64,000 bases of DNA from Octopus sinensis (lineage: Eukaryota). The stretch covers positions 153,016,001 to 153,080,000 of the forward strand of contig NC_042998.1 in NCBI RefSeq assembly GCF_006345805.1, given 5' to 3'. Positions 51,728 to 64,000 of the stretch are shown piece after piece. How positions within the stretch are numbered: the stretch's first letter is position 1; each line of letters begins with the position of its first letter. Position numbers and translations under genes: made by a program. The notes under the pieces were generated by a model, which made no database searches, was not told the origin of the DNA, and saw nothing but the letters and a program-made list of their open reading frames with translations.

Positions 51728-53460
51728 CATCATCATTTAACATCCATTGTCCATGTTGGACAGTTTGATCAGGGCTGGCTTTTAAATGGGCCAGTTATGC
51801 GACACTGGCATTGGCCACAACTAATAGCTCACTTGGTTTGATGAGTCTTCTTAAGCACAGCATATCACCAAAGGACTCGATCACTAGTCATTGCCTCTGT
51901 GTGGCCCAAAGTTTGAAGATCATGTTTCACCACCTCATTCCATACCTCTACCACAGTTTCCCACCACAGTTAGAGATTGGCACTTCTTTACACAGCTGTC
52001 CTCATCCATACACGTCACATAACCATACCAGTGCAGTCATCTCTTGCATACCGCATCAGGTGTCTCTTAGGCCTAACTTTTCCCTCAAGATTCTTACATT
52101 CTGTCAAACATGCACACTGACATTACACATCCAGTGAAGTACACTGACTTCATTTCTTTCAAGCCTATGTGTCCTCAGTGTCACAGCCCATGTTTCACTG
52201 CCATGTAGCATAGCTGTTCACACATAGGCATCATACAATCTGCCTTTCATGATGAGAATGAGGCTGTTTGTTGCCAGCAGGGGTAGGAGCTCTCTGAACT
52301 TTGCTCAGCATAATCTTATTCTTACAGCAATGCTCTCAGAGCATCCACCTCTGCTACTAACTTGGTCATCTAGATAACTGAAGCTTTATACTACCTCTAG
52401 CTTAGCCTGCTGGCAGTTGATGGAGTCTATTTTCTGTACATTTTCAGTGTGTTTTGTACTTGTGCATCTTCCACACACAAAGGCTATTCTCCCTGTTAAC
52501 CTTCCTCTGATATTACTGCACCTTTTATGTGTCCAAAGTTTATACTGGGTGCATCTTATGGAGTATCTATGTCTTTTACACAGATTGATTAGGACCATGT
52601 ACTTGAAGGGATTTGTGATTTGTGTGCCTTCCTACTTACTAAGACTTTGGTTTTTACTAGGTTAACTCTAAGGCCTTTTGATTCTAGACCTGCTTCCATA
52701 CCTGGAAATTCTCTAGTTCTAGTATAAGAGCAAGGTTATCAGCATAGAGGAGCTCCCAGTGGCAGCCTGTCTAAAATTCCTCTATTATTGCTTGGAGAAC
52801 TATGATGAACAAGAAAGACCTGAGGACTGATCCTTGGTGAACCCCTACTTGTACCCTGAATTCTTTGCTGTACTTATTGCTAACCCTTTCCTTACAGGTA
52901 CCATTTCTGTACAGCTCTTACAAACCACTTGTCTATCCTTAGTTTCTGCATTGATCACCAGATAAGGGATTGGGGGACCCTGTCAAAGGCTTTCTCCAAG
53001 CCAACAAAAGCCAAGTACCGAGATTTATCTTTGACTCTGTATTTCTCTTGTAGCTGCCTTATCAGAAATATAGCATCAGTGGTGCTTCTCCCTGGCACAA
53101 AACCAAACTGCATCTCATCTAGACTAAACTCTCTTCCTAATTAGTTGGGCTATGACTCTCTCCATAACTTTCATCACCTGATCCAACAATTTGATACCTC
53201 TATAATTATTTCTATCTAAGGCATCACCTTTACCTTTGAAGCAGTTGACTATGGTACTACTACACCAGTCATTGGGTATGACTCCTTCATGAACCACCTG
53301 ATTTACAATATGAGTGACTAGACCATAACACACATCACCAGATATTTTAAGCATCTCAGCAGTGATTCCTGATGGGCTGGGGGCTTTCCCTCTCTTCATA
53401 ACCTTCATTGCTTTATCTACTAAGGTACTCTTGATTCATCTGCTTTCTTCACAATCCTGG
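51728..53460 (-). mobile_element. RTE LINE, 5'-truncated and degraded
   Basis: GKAPSPSGIT, NNYRGIKLLDQVMK, CKLWTHKRCS; (CAT)n at the left end. Confidence 0.88.
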
Positions 53461-53499
53461 AATCAAATGGCCATGATGGATCAATCAGTAAGCAAATTT

Positions 53500-54540
53500 G
53501 CTTTTCCTTGCCTATTATTGTAATATCTGGCTTGTTCAATCTTCATATCCATTTACATTGGAAAATCCCACAAAATTTTGTGTTTTTGACTCAAGTACTC
53601 TTTCTACCAGCTAATTATAACATGTACTTCCTGCTTTAAACCACTGTTTCTAACAAAGCTTCCTGTGTAAAACTTTCTCAGTTTCATCATGTCTTCACTT
53701 CTTATATTCTTCCTGGGCCAACTTGGGGCATTTTGCAACAATGTATGTCGTAGTTTCGTCCCAAGTTCCACATGCTCTACATTTCATCAACATCATCTCC
53801 CCATACTTATTTTCTCAAGTTGTTTTCAATGCTTGATCTTCAACTGCTGTAAGGTTCTCTATTTCTTTTTTCATTTGCCCATATTTCAACCAAGCCCAGG
53901 ATTTTGTTCCACATCTTCTGTGACTTTCCGAAACTGACCACCCAAAGGTTTCTCATCAATCTGTTTTAATCACTACTTTCGCTAGCTTTTCTGTGCTGTT
54001 CTGTGAATAACAAGTTGTTTCATTCCATCTACACACACTCTTCCTCACCAATTAAGCCTCTTTCACTCTGGTCTCTCTTCATATACAGTTGGTTAATATC
54101 AGTTTTCGGGTGGTGAGCCCCAATGACAGTAAGCAGCATTGTAGTTCTTCTGTCAAGTTTCTGCATATTCCCTTTTGTCCAGTCCACAATTCTAGCTCTA
54201 TATCTGATAACTGGTGCTGCTCTTGAATTAATCACTTCAGGAACCATTTCTTTAATTTCAACCTTCTCTGTAATATTTTCTACACTCTCCTTGTATACTC
54301 CCTACTTGTAATTTGCTTCATCTTCTCATGTTTTATTTAATCTGCCTCCAGTATTCCCAAATACTTATACTACTGTCTTTTCTCAACTGATTTTATTATT
54401 TGCCAATTTAATATTTCAGTTCCCTGGCATTCTTCAACTCTTTCCTTTTTCATTAACAATGTAGTGTGTTTTTCAATTTTAAATACCATTCCTGCATCAT
54501 TTGAGAAGATGCAAACAGTATATATCATAAGACTTTCTGG
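53500..54540 (-). mobile_element. R4/Dong-like (restriction-like endonuclease) LINE fragment
   Basis: INSRAAPVIRY...WTKGNMQKLDRRT...HHPKTDINQLYMKR...GLI, then CRACG..DETTTYIVAKCPKLAQEEYK..RHD and ILWDF, typical of RLE-clade C-termini. Confidence 0.7.
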
Positions 54541-54726
54541 TGGTGGTGAATTTTTACAAACACAGAGAGCTAATAATTACTGACAGAGTATGAATAATGA
54601 GTCCAAACTTAAAATGTTAAGATATTTAACTAAAAACTGGCAATTGATAATAATTAACAGCTTGTTAAAAATAATAATCATTGTCATCATCATCATCATC
54701 ATTATATTTTTTCTTTCTTATTCCAG

Positions 54727-54798
54727 TGTTTAGTCCTGGAACCAAACAGAGTATTTCTACCCAGCTATATACAAGTTAACAACAATGATGAAAGAAAG
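54727..54798 (+). CDS. ASK1: ASK-family MAP3K, internal coding exon E (start of PH-like domain)
   Basis: ttccag acceptor, gtttgt donor; CLVLEPNRVFLPSYIQVNNNDERK, matching the ASK 'xLxLEPxKVxxPSYxxVN' motif; phase 0. Confidence 0.9.
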
Positions 54799-55293
54799 GT
54801 TTGTCTTCTCTATTTATTAACTGGGAACAACATACTTCTAAGACCACTGACAGCAACATCTCCAAAATTCTACAGAAATTAGCTTCACTTTGACTACCAC
54901 AAATTAATCACTTAATCAGTGTTGTAGCCATATTGCATTATGAAAGGGTACTTAAACAGATACACCACGATTATAAACTAATAATGCAGAAAAATATTCT
55001 AAAACCACACTACACTACTTATCTGACATCAGACCTAAGAAACAGACACTACAACTGAATGTTGAACCATTAACTGTACATGTTTCTTACAACTATAAAC
55101 CATATATTCAATCAACCACATTCTATAGCTTGTGTAAATATATGTTTAGTGAACCACTAATATGTAGCCCCCTTTATACTACAGATCATATGCAGTTACA
55201 AATTCATCTGAGCTGTGTCATTTTGGTATTTTCTCCTATTAATACTTTAGTTGACTAATCTTCTGAAGATGTTGCCTATAGTTTCCACTGCAT

Positions 55294-55750
55294 CAGGGGT
55301 TGGTGAACTGAGGTAAATTACCCCCAGTGGGGTAAAAATTAAATTTTTGGGGGTAATGAAGACTCATTAGACTTAAGTAAAATTATATAAAAAAACATGT
55401 TCCTTGTTACGACAGAAATTTTTCTTCTGGTAACACTGCGTCTATCCAATGTAATGGACATGTAAATATTGGGTTGAGGAATAATTCATGAGTTTTTTTC
55501 AAATTTAAAAATTCTCTTTCAAATAACATAAAACATTTTGCCAATGTGTTTTATTTCTGCATGCATTTTTAGATTTAAAAAAAAAAATGCCCTCATGAAT
55601 TATTTCTCAATCTAATAGATTCATATAAACAGATTCAATAAACCTTTTGAATTCAAAGAATCTATTTCCTTCCTTTCAAATCAAGTGGGTGATGTTGGCG
55701 TAAATAAATATATTTTGAGGTAATTGGTTAAAGAAGTTCCCTGACCTCTG
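55294..55750. mobile_element. hAT-type MITE, ~457 bp
   Basis: Imperfect 16-bp TIRs caggggttggtgaact / agttccctgacctctg; 8-bp flanks cactgcat and cactacaa (6 of 8 identical). Confidence 0.65.
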
Positions 55751-56245
55751 CACTACAACATAGACATGAACCTAACCGATGTATTTGTGTCATCTGCTCC
55801 CAGTATTTCTACTATCTTACCTTCTAAACCCAGGAGTAAGAATTTTGCTCAGTTTATGTTTTTTTCTCCAACCATTCATTTTAAGAAATCAAATGATATA
55901 ATTATGTTCTATGATCATCGTATTATAATAACCTCCATTCTAGAAAATTATAAAAGAAATTAAAAGAAATTATAAACTCTACTCAACAATTACAACTTGA
56001 TACAGAAGAACAGAGAAGACATCTAAATTGTTACTTGACTTGTTAGAAATATATTTTCACATACTATTAAAAAAGAACAGGATGATCAAGGATAGAATAC
56101 TTTTATTAGAGGTTTATTTAAACAGGATTGACCAGGAGGTAATCAGTAAAAATAACTTTGTAACATTTTTTATATTTCATATTATTTTTCATAAGAAGTT
56201 TATTCTTGTATCAATTGTTTTTTGAACAATATTACTCTTTACTAG

Positions 56246-56331
56246 AATGTGCATTTGTGGAATATCAAGGACCAGGATGGTAAACAAGGTGGTGAATGGA
56301 CTTTTGAAGTGGACACAATTAAAAAAATTAG
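56246..56331 (+). CDS. ASK1: ASK-family MAP3K, internal coding exon F (PH-like domain)
   Basis: tttactag acceptor, gtacat donor; NVHLWNIKDQDGKQGGEWTFEVDTIKKI(S), matching the ASK 'IxIWH....EWxF...VRGVS' pattern; continues exon E in frame. Confidence 0.85.
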
Positions 56332-57595
56332 GTACATTTTTCTACTTTATTCCTCTTCACCTAAATATGGATGTATGTACGAAATTGCTACAACCCTTTA
56401 CTTTCTCACCAAAATATTCATGTGATACATGCCATTGATTTATTAATTACTTGTAGGGACACCATATTTCATTATGCAACCATAATATACTACAAAGTAT
56501 ATTAAATGCTTTATGAGTTTATACTGTGTTCTACTGTGTTAGCAGTGTTATTAAATCACATGTTAAGGTTATCACTACAAATTTTCTATAGAAATTATAG
56601 CCAGCACTGGCTTGTTACAATGTTTCATATCTGAATACGTCTAATGTAAACAACAATGTGATCGCATTAAGAAAGGGACATAAACGTAAAGAAAAGCAGA
56701 GGGAGATGGTAATAGAAAGAGAGAGAAAGAGACAGAGTGAAGGAAATAGAAAAAAAAGTGGAATGTGAGAAGCAGACAGATAAATTGATATATATGGAAA
56801 TGGAGTAATATAAAAGTCAATGCAAATTTAGATAGATAGGTAGATTTTAAAAGGCTTACATTTTCAGAGTAAGAGAAAGAGGGAAAAAGATAGAGCAGGT
56901 AAGAGAGAGAGAGAGAGAGACAGCGAAGAAAAGTGGTAAAGAAAAAATAAAAGAGGATATGAAGCAGGTAAATTGATGTATATAGAAAAACAAAACATGA
57001 AACCGCAATTGGATTTCTGTTTCATGTCATCCATAATTGTTTTACTGTTTTATGATTTTATTTTATGTATTTCATTATCAGTGTAAAATATAGTATTTGA
57101 TTCACTTATTTATTTTATACTTATTCTATTTTCGATTCCTTGGAAGTCAATTTATTCCTTATAAGAAAATTGTTCTTCATGCTAATTCATGTTTTGTCCT
57201 GTATGCAAGTTGGTACAGGCAAATAGAAGAATGTATTCAAACCGAAATAAGAAAAATGAAGATTAAAGAATGAGGTACCTTATGACAAGTCACCTTATGA
57301 GGCACATCTTCTCCATACCATGCACCACAACTATTTGTACACAATCTTACCCAGAAGGGCCGATGCACGATAGGTTAAAACAGTCGTAGTGATTAATAAA
57401 GTATCTCATGAATTATGTTTTCTTTCTCTTTTTCTCATATAATGTAAACTCTACAGACAAGAAGGAAATCCTGAAGTAAATTCAGTGGCATTTATATCCA
57501 TACAGTTGATAACATCAGGTAGCTAAAAATAGTGAACAAGCTTTAAACAGCATAACAGCATACTACAAGGTGTATACCCAAATATAAAATTATTA

Positions 57596-57654
<59 letters not shown>

Positions 57655-57655
57655 A

Positions 57656-57880
57656 TCATCATCATCATCGTTTAACGTCCGCTTTCCATGCTAGCATGGG
57701 TTGGGCGAATGACTGAGGGCTGGCGAACCAGATGGCTGCACCAGGCTTCAATCTTGATCCGGCAGAGTTTCTACAGCTGGATGTTCTTCCTAACGCCAAC
57801 CGCTCTGACAGTGTAGTTGGTGCTTTTACATGCTACCGGCACGGGGCCGGTCAGGCGGTATTGGCAACAATACCTTGCTC
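57656..57880 (-). mobile_element. RTE 3'-end fragment
   Basis: (CAT)n cgtttaacgtccgctttccatgctagcatggg; follows a (TA)n tract. Confidence 0.88.
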
Positions 57881-58249
57881 GAATCTGATGAGCAAAATTT
57901 CATAAGGTCCATACTTGAAAAAGAGACTTTCTTGTGTTGAAGTTACAGATGACAGAATACAAACTGACAACTACTGAGTCTGTTGTCTGATCTTCAATTG
58001 ATTTAGTCTAATATCTCACTGATTGACAGTTAAATAAATATTAAGTTTTCTCATGCAGGAGCAACTAGTTCCACAAATTAAAGTGAAATGGTTTCATTCA
58101 AATATTAGAATATCCTTTGTTCAATGTATTTTCAAAAACCAAAACATATGTGTAGAACTGTGTGTGTGTTTAATACAGTTTACTTAACAAATTTGGTCCT
58201 TCATCTGGTACAGCTTATTATAGAGATATTTTCAGCCATTCAATTTGGG

Positions 58250-61200
58250 AGAGAACTTAGTTATGAAATATCTTTCCATATTCCTCCTGAAGGAGGTGTC
58301 GTTCTTTGGACATTTGTAGAAGGGAAAGATCTTAAATTTTCCTTCTCCACATGTACTAGGTGTTTACTCAGTGGTATCTTGCGCAGTTCTTCCCGTCGGT
58401 GAATCTTGGCTCGTTGGCACAAAGAGTTTCCAGTTTCACCTATGTAATCCTCCTTGCACTTGGGGCAGGTTATGCAGTATATTACGTTCTGTGTCTTGCA
58501 GTTCATATCTGCATTTACTTTAAATATGTGACCACTTTTAAATTTCATTTCTTTGTCTCCCTCTATGTATTTTAGGTGGGGTTGCTGCAGATCCCACATC
58601 TACCATCTCTGCACTCTTTTACAAAGAATTCAGTTTTAGTTTCTGATGAGAATTTCGCTCTTGTTAGATGTTTCTTTAGATTTTTGTCTTGTCGTCTACT
58701 GTTTTCTTTGCAATATTTGTTTAGTATGTTTTCCATTTTGGGGCTTTGTAATACTATTGGCAGGTTTGAATGTATGATTTGGAACATGTTGGTAACTCCA
58801 GGGTTGTGCGTGTTTATAAAAGGGATAATGTTTTCTTTGTTTTTTTTTTGTTTTGGGTGTCCTGAGTTGTGCAATGTCTAGTTTCATTGCTCTTGTGATT
58901 CCATTTCCTATTAGTTTAAGGGGGTATTTTTGCTCTAGTAGGAATTTTTAAAGTTCATCTAGTCTTATTAGTCGTGTTTGCGAGTCAGTTACTATGCTAC
59001 ATATTCGTCTTGCCATACTATATGGAATGTTTCTTTTTATGTGGGATGGGTGGCAGGAGTGGAAATTTAAATGTTGGTGTGTGTCGGTTTTTATGTAGTG
59101 GATGTCTGTTGTGATGATGAAGTTGTGTATTTTGATGTTGATGTCTAGGAAGGGAAGTTCGTTGTGGCTGGTATCTATTGTGAAGTTGATAGATGGGTGC
59201 AGCGTGTTGAGGATGTTGTGGAATGTTCGTAGGTCTTCTGATATGTTCCTAAGGATGAAGCAGTCATCGAGGTAGCATTTCCACTTTTTCTTGATGTCTT
59301 CTCTGAAGTCGTGTTCGAAGACTGTCCCTATTTCATCATATAGTTTGTTCTCCAGGAAACCCATCACCAGGTTGACATATGAAGGTGCGAATTTTGTACC
59401 CATAGCCGTGCCCTTTATCTGTCGGTATGTCTTGTTGAATGAGAATGTATTTTCTTCGAGTATTAATTGGGTGGCTTGGGTGATAAAGTCTGTCTTGAAA
59501 TGTTCGTCTATGAGTTCCCTGTATTTTTCTACCGATTGTTTTATTGCTTCCAGACCTAGGGTGTGTGGTATGTTCGTGTATAGATTTGTGACATCGAAGC
59601 TTGCAAGTATGGTGTTTTTCGGAACTGTATATTGAATGTGTGTGAGTAAGTTTATGTCATCCCTTATGTAGCTTGGTATCTGTGGGCATAAAGGTTTGAG
59701 GAGTACATCTATGAAGTGGCTTAGTTGTTGTGTTGCTGCCACTATTGGTCTCATTGTGAGGTCTGCAGGCCTTTGTATTCTTATATAGTGGTTCCTTTGT
59801 TCCTTTGTGGCTCTCTGTATTTCAGAGCTTTTATGAATTTTAGGTAATCCATAAAAGTTGCTATCTTTGGTTCTTGAGTTGCATAGATAGTCTTTCTCCT
59901 TATCTGTAAAGGAGTCCTGGTATTCATTGACTAATTTTTTTTTATTGTTGTTTTCTCCAGTGGTGTTGGTTCCTCTTTATAGTATGTCTGGTTGTTCAGC
60001 AACTCTAGTATCTTTTCTTTGTAGTAATCTGTATCCATAATAACTATTGCTCCACCTTTGTCAGCTTCTTTTATAATGATCGACTTGTCATTTTTTAGTT
60101 TTTGTAAGGCTTGTTTTTCTCCTCTGCAGAGATTCTGTTTGCATTTGTGTGTGTTGAGAGGGAATTTGGATATTGTCTCTATGTATGCGTCAAGGTGTTT
60201 GTCACTTCCCTTGTAAGGGGTGAAATGGGATTTTTTTCTTGTGATTGAGTTATCTTCTGTTTCTTTATTTTCAAAGAATTCCATAAGGCGGGGGTGGCAG
60301 CTGAAGTTGTCTATATCAGTTTGTAGTTCTATGAGATTTGGAGTGGGTGTGGGTGTAAATTTGAGGCCTTTTAGTAGTAGGTTCGTTTCATTTTCGTTAA
60401 GTTCTCTTTTAGATAGGTTTATTATTTTGGGGTCTATGTGCTTTGTGTGTACATTCGGAATTTTTGTTGTATTGGGTCTGGAGTATGGTTGAAGTATCCT
60501 TTCCCTAAAAAAGGGTTTGTGCTGTTGCGTCTCTAAATTCCATTTTCAGGTCTTAGGTTTTCTTGTAGTAGTAGGGGTGGTCTGTAAGTGTTGTTTCGTC
60601 TTTGGTAGTTGTTTTTTTCCCATCTTTTGTGTTTGTTAAGCCAATTTCTATTACTGGGTTTCAAGTTTCTTTGTGGGTAGGTTGATGGTTCATGTTTTGT
60701 GTTTGTATTGTATTGATAGTGGGGGTTGTTTTTTATCCATCTTGTCAATTTGTGGGGTTGCATGGGGTTGGTGTTTGTATGGTTTGGATTTCCTCAATGT
60801 TTGTTGTAGGTTATGTGTTGATTTCTATCCACTTGTTTACTGTTCCATGTGTGTGTCCATTTAGGGCGCCCAGTGTTACGTGTTGGTGGTTGTTCATATT
60901 CTGTTTGTTCTCTCCAAGTGTTATAGGTTGTTGATTGTATGTATCGTGCTCGTCTTGCTGCATGTGGGGTTTTGGGTTGATGGTTGTCTTTCATATTTTG
61001 TGTGTCTGTTTACTGGGAGGTTCGGCAGTGTAAGGAGCTGGATTTTGGTTTGTGTTTGGTAGGGCTTATTTGGATGTCTGGGAGTCCAATATGTTTGTGA
61101 TGTTGGTTTTCATCTGTTTTGGTAGTTTTTTTGTCTTCATAATTGATAGTTAAAAAACCACTCCTGTTGTTTGGTCCACATAATTGCGGATCTTTCCTCC

Positions 61201-61930
61201 TTTCGTTTGGTATACTCTTTCCATAGTTGTTGTAGTTTTTCTTTGTTTTGGTTATTGTTCCTTTCTGTTATCTCAGCCATTACGACGGTATCAATTGTTT
61301 TAATCTTATCTTCTTGGTGTGAGCTTCGTGTTTGTAGAAGGGAAATTTCCGTTTCTAGTTGGCAAAAGGCTAGGTTTGCACGTATTGTTGTTACTGCTAG
61401 TGTTTCACCCCTTATTTCTTTGATAAGGAATTTTCTAGGGAGTATTGGGTTCTTCATGTCCCGCCAGTTTTGGTATATGCTGGCTATGTTCTTACAGCAT
61501 ATGCTTTTCCAATAAGCATGTTTTCGTTGGTTTAGAAGTTTGTTCCAGCCTAGTGGTTTTGAAGGTTTTTCTTGGTTTGTGTCAGTTTTTGTTCCTTCAT
61601 CATTTGTTTTCATTTGTGATTAGAGTGGTCCCGCCAAAAGATTTGTGTTGTCAGTTGTGTTTGCTTGATTTTTTTAGAGAGAATATTTTGTGTTTGGATC
61701 GTATTTATTGTTAAAGCAATGTTTGCAAAGATAGTATCAATTTTTGAAAGAAGTAAATTCAACTTACTACAGGTTTCTGTTTATAGATCTTCCATGCTTC
61801 TGGTATTCCCCTGTTGAAGATATGAATCTGTCTTATTTATTTCGGTATTGCATATTTTGCAGGTTTGTGTTAGGTCTTCTGTGTGTTTGGTATAAGCCTG
61901 TTTTGGGTCCACTACACACTCAATAACACT
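58250..61930 (-). mobile_element. Penelope-like element (RT plus GIY-YIG), frameshifted
   Basis: IIIKEADKGGAIVIMD, MRPIVA, SFDVTNLYTNIP, GTAMGTKFAPSY, YLDDCF, LPFLDI; Cys-rich linker CRDGRCGIC; GIY-YIG domain NVIYCITCPKC...YIGETG...R. Confidence 0.93.
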
Positions 61931-62124
61931 ATAAAATGGTCAAAACTTTTTACACAGGAACTTAGTTCAATTTGAAAACTCTACTAGAATGGGAGAAAGT
62001 GCTAATACATGATCTAAGTTATATGATGTATAAAAACATGTAATATACAAATAAATATCTGTAAATATGAAACCATCCGAATTTCTGAGTACCTCATTTC
62101 TTCTAATATATATATATATTATAT

Positions 62125-62310
62125 TATATTAAATTAGAGATAAAACCACTATTAGGCAAATCAAACAGTGAAAATCATAAGCCAATACATAGAAATAAAA
62201 TTAATTAAAAAATATATAAAAAATATAAAATATAAAATTCCAAATTAAAATATTTAAATTAAAGTTAAAATTTTAAAAATCATTTAAATTAATAATTTAA
62301 ACTTATAAAT
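62125..62310 (-). repeat. Penelope pseudo-LTR terminal fragment
   Basis: ttaaattagagataaaaccactattaggcaa next to (TA)n; the same motif occurs at ~28195 and ~28990, and diverged at ~24810. Confidence 0.55.
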
Positions 62311-62327
62311 TTTAAATATATATATAT

Positions 62328-63419
62328 CATCATCATCATCATCATCATCATCGTTTAACGTCCGTTTTCCGCGCTAGCACGGGTTGGACGGTTTGACCGG
62401 GATCTGGGAAGCCAGAGGCCGCTCCAGGCTCCAGTCTGATCAGACAGAGTTTCTACGGCTGGATGCCCTTCCTAACGCCAACCACTCCGCGAGTGGAGTG
62501 GGTGCTTTTTACGTGCCACCTGCACAGGGGCCGGGGGGTCCGGCATCGGTCACGATCGGTTCGAGCTTTTCTAGAGTTGAGTTGGGGGGGGGTCTAGCTG
62601 AGAAAGGTTCCACCAGTGGAAAGAGAGGGAGAGATAGTGGGGGGGTGCAGGTAATATAGGGAAGCACCAGTGGGGAAGGTTGGGTAAGGAGGAACGATGA
62701 CAAGGAAGGGTTGGTGCAGAAGAAATAAAAACGTAGGATATCACGAGACGGGGAGGGGACTGGAAGGAGATAGTCGGATTGAGGCAGTAAGATCAGTGGG
62801 GCAGTTAATGAGCTGCGGTGCTAGCAGCTTGTCTTGGTGGGGGGAAGGGGTAGTACACAGTGAAAGCATGTGAGAAGGAGGGGTAGGAGGGAGAGACACA
62901 CGAATGGCGGAAAGATGGAATTAAGGATTGAACATTAAAGGGTTAAATTTTGTAGAGAAAGATAGGAAAAACAAAGCAAGTTACTGTATGAGTACAGACA
63001 TTTAACAATAGTAACGAATGAGCACGAATGAGAAGTAACGAATGAGGTACGAAAGATAATGAGATAAAAATGTTTTTGTAACTTGCTGTGAACATGAAGG
63101 CCGGAAGTTGTTGTTGGAGAAGAAAGGAAGTTTAAAATTGGGAATTGTAATGGCGATTTTCAAGAAGAAGAAGAAAAGAAGAAGACACCGCCGAATGGCG
63201 GAAAGATGGAATTAAGGATTGAACATTAAAGGGTTAAATTTCGTAGAGAAAGATAGGAAAAACAAAGCAAGTTACTGTATGAGTACAGACATTTAACAAT
63301 AGTAATGAATGAGAAGTAACGAATGAGCACGAATGAGGTACGAAAGATAATGAGATAAAAATGTTTTTGTAACTTGCTGTGAACATGAAGGCCGGAAGTT
63401 GTTGTTGGAGAAGAAAGGA

Positions 63420-63424
<5 letters not shown>
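62328..63424 (-). mobile_element. Composite non-autonomous RTE-tailed element (291-bp monomers, C-rich linker, RTE 3' end)
   Basis: RTE tail 62328-~62565, linker ~62570-62900, monomers 62901-63191 and 63192-63424; (TA)n on both sides. Confidence 0.68.
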
Positions 63425-63455
<31 letters not shown>

Positions 63456-63471
63456 TTTATTATATAGAAGG

Positions 63472-63522
63472 AGCTTCTACAGGACTAGAACTGTTTCATT
63501 CAAGAGAAATCTTCAGGAAGCT
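63472..63522 (-). ncRNA. Type I hammerhead ribozyme, core intact with one stem II mismatch
   Basis: Minus strand agcttc-CTGAAGA-tttc tctt gaat-GAA-acag ttctagtc ctgt-A-gaagct; stem I 6 bp, stem III acag/ctgt, triplet GUA, U-U at the first stem II pair. Confidence 0.78.
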
Positions 63523-64000
63523 AGTTAACAAGAATTGTATTGGCATTTATACATTTAGGCAGGTTAAAGGGGTGTTGTGGGGGGACTTTTTGGGGGTAGG
63601 CATAGCGCAAAATATCATACTTGGGGGAGTGGTCAAGGAGTCAGTGTTAAATTAGATAGAAGAATAAATAAAAAAAAATAAAAAAATAAAAAAATCTATT
63701 ATAAAAAAAAGGGGAATAGAGTTTTAGGTAAATAAGGAGATTCTCACTTATACCTATGCACACATGTATACATACATACACACACATACAAACATATATA
63801 CATATACATACACACATACATACACACACATATATATACATATATATACACTTACACATACACATACATATACATATCTACACATACACATATATGTATA
63901 CATACACACACTCACATGCATACACGTATAGACACATGTATATATACACACACGACCACACATACATATACGCACAGAAAAATATATATACACATACACA

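Noticed and set aside
57438-57520. AG...GT-bounded open segment (RQEGNPEVNSVAFISIQLITS) as the next ASK1 exon
   Set aside because: No resemblance to the expected continuation of the PH-like domain; the next exon probably lies beyond the window.
57884-57930. ctgatgag (also at ~41127 and ~58644) as further hammerhead cores
   Set aside because: No stem II followed by GAAA and NUH at the required spacing.

Overview
AT-rich, repeat-dense animal genomic DNA, not prokaryotic. The SINE and LINE types and the huge (TA)n tracts look like an octopod cephalopod; that assignment is inference. One host gene is supported: six internal coding exons on the + strand (34787-56331) of an ASK-family MAP kinase kinase kinase (ASK1 / MAP3K5-MAP3K15-like). 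They splice in frame with GT-AG boundaries. Its upstream and downstream exons were not found in the window. Nearly everything else is transposon-derived: many RTE LINE copies (one near full length, 6949-11896), a second RTE family, CR1/L2-like and R4/Dong-like LINE fragments, a Gypsy LTR element, a Penelope-like element with pseudo-LTR remnants, two mariners, a Mutator-like remnant, several MITEs and three tRNA-derived SINEs. There is one 100-N gap. The most interesting signals are: (1) RTE-associated elements with different 5' tandem monomers on a related C-rich linker, two of them fused directly to an RTE 3' tail; (2) four hammerhead-ribozyme motifs, one with an intact core; (3) a ~800-bp-armed inverted repeat enclosing two head-to-head mariners; (4) a 3-kb intronic (TA)n array seeded with about 48 CTAAC motifs. 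All alignments and counts were done by eye; interspersed-repeat boundaries are approximate.
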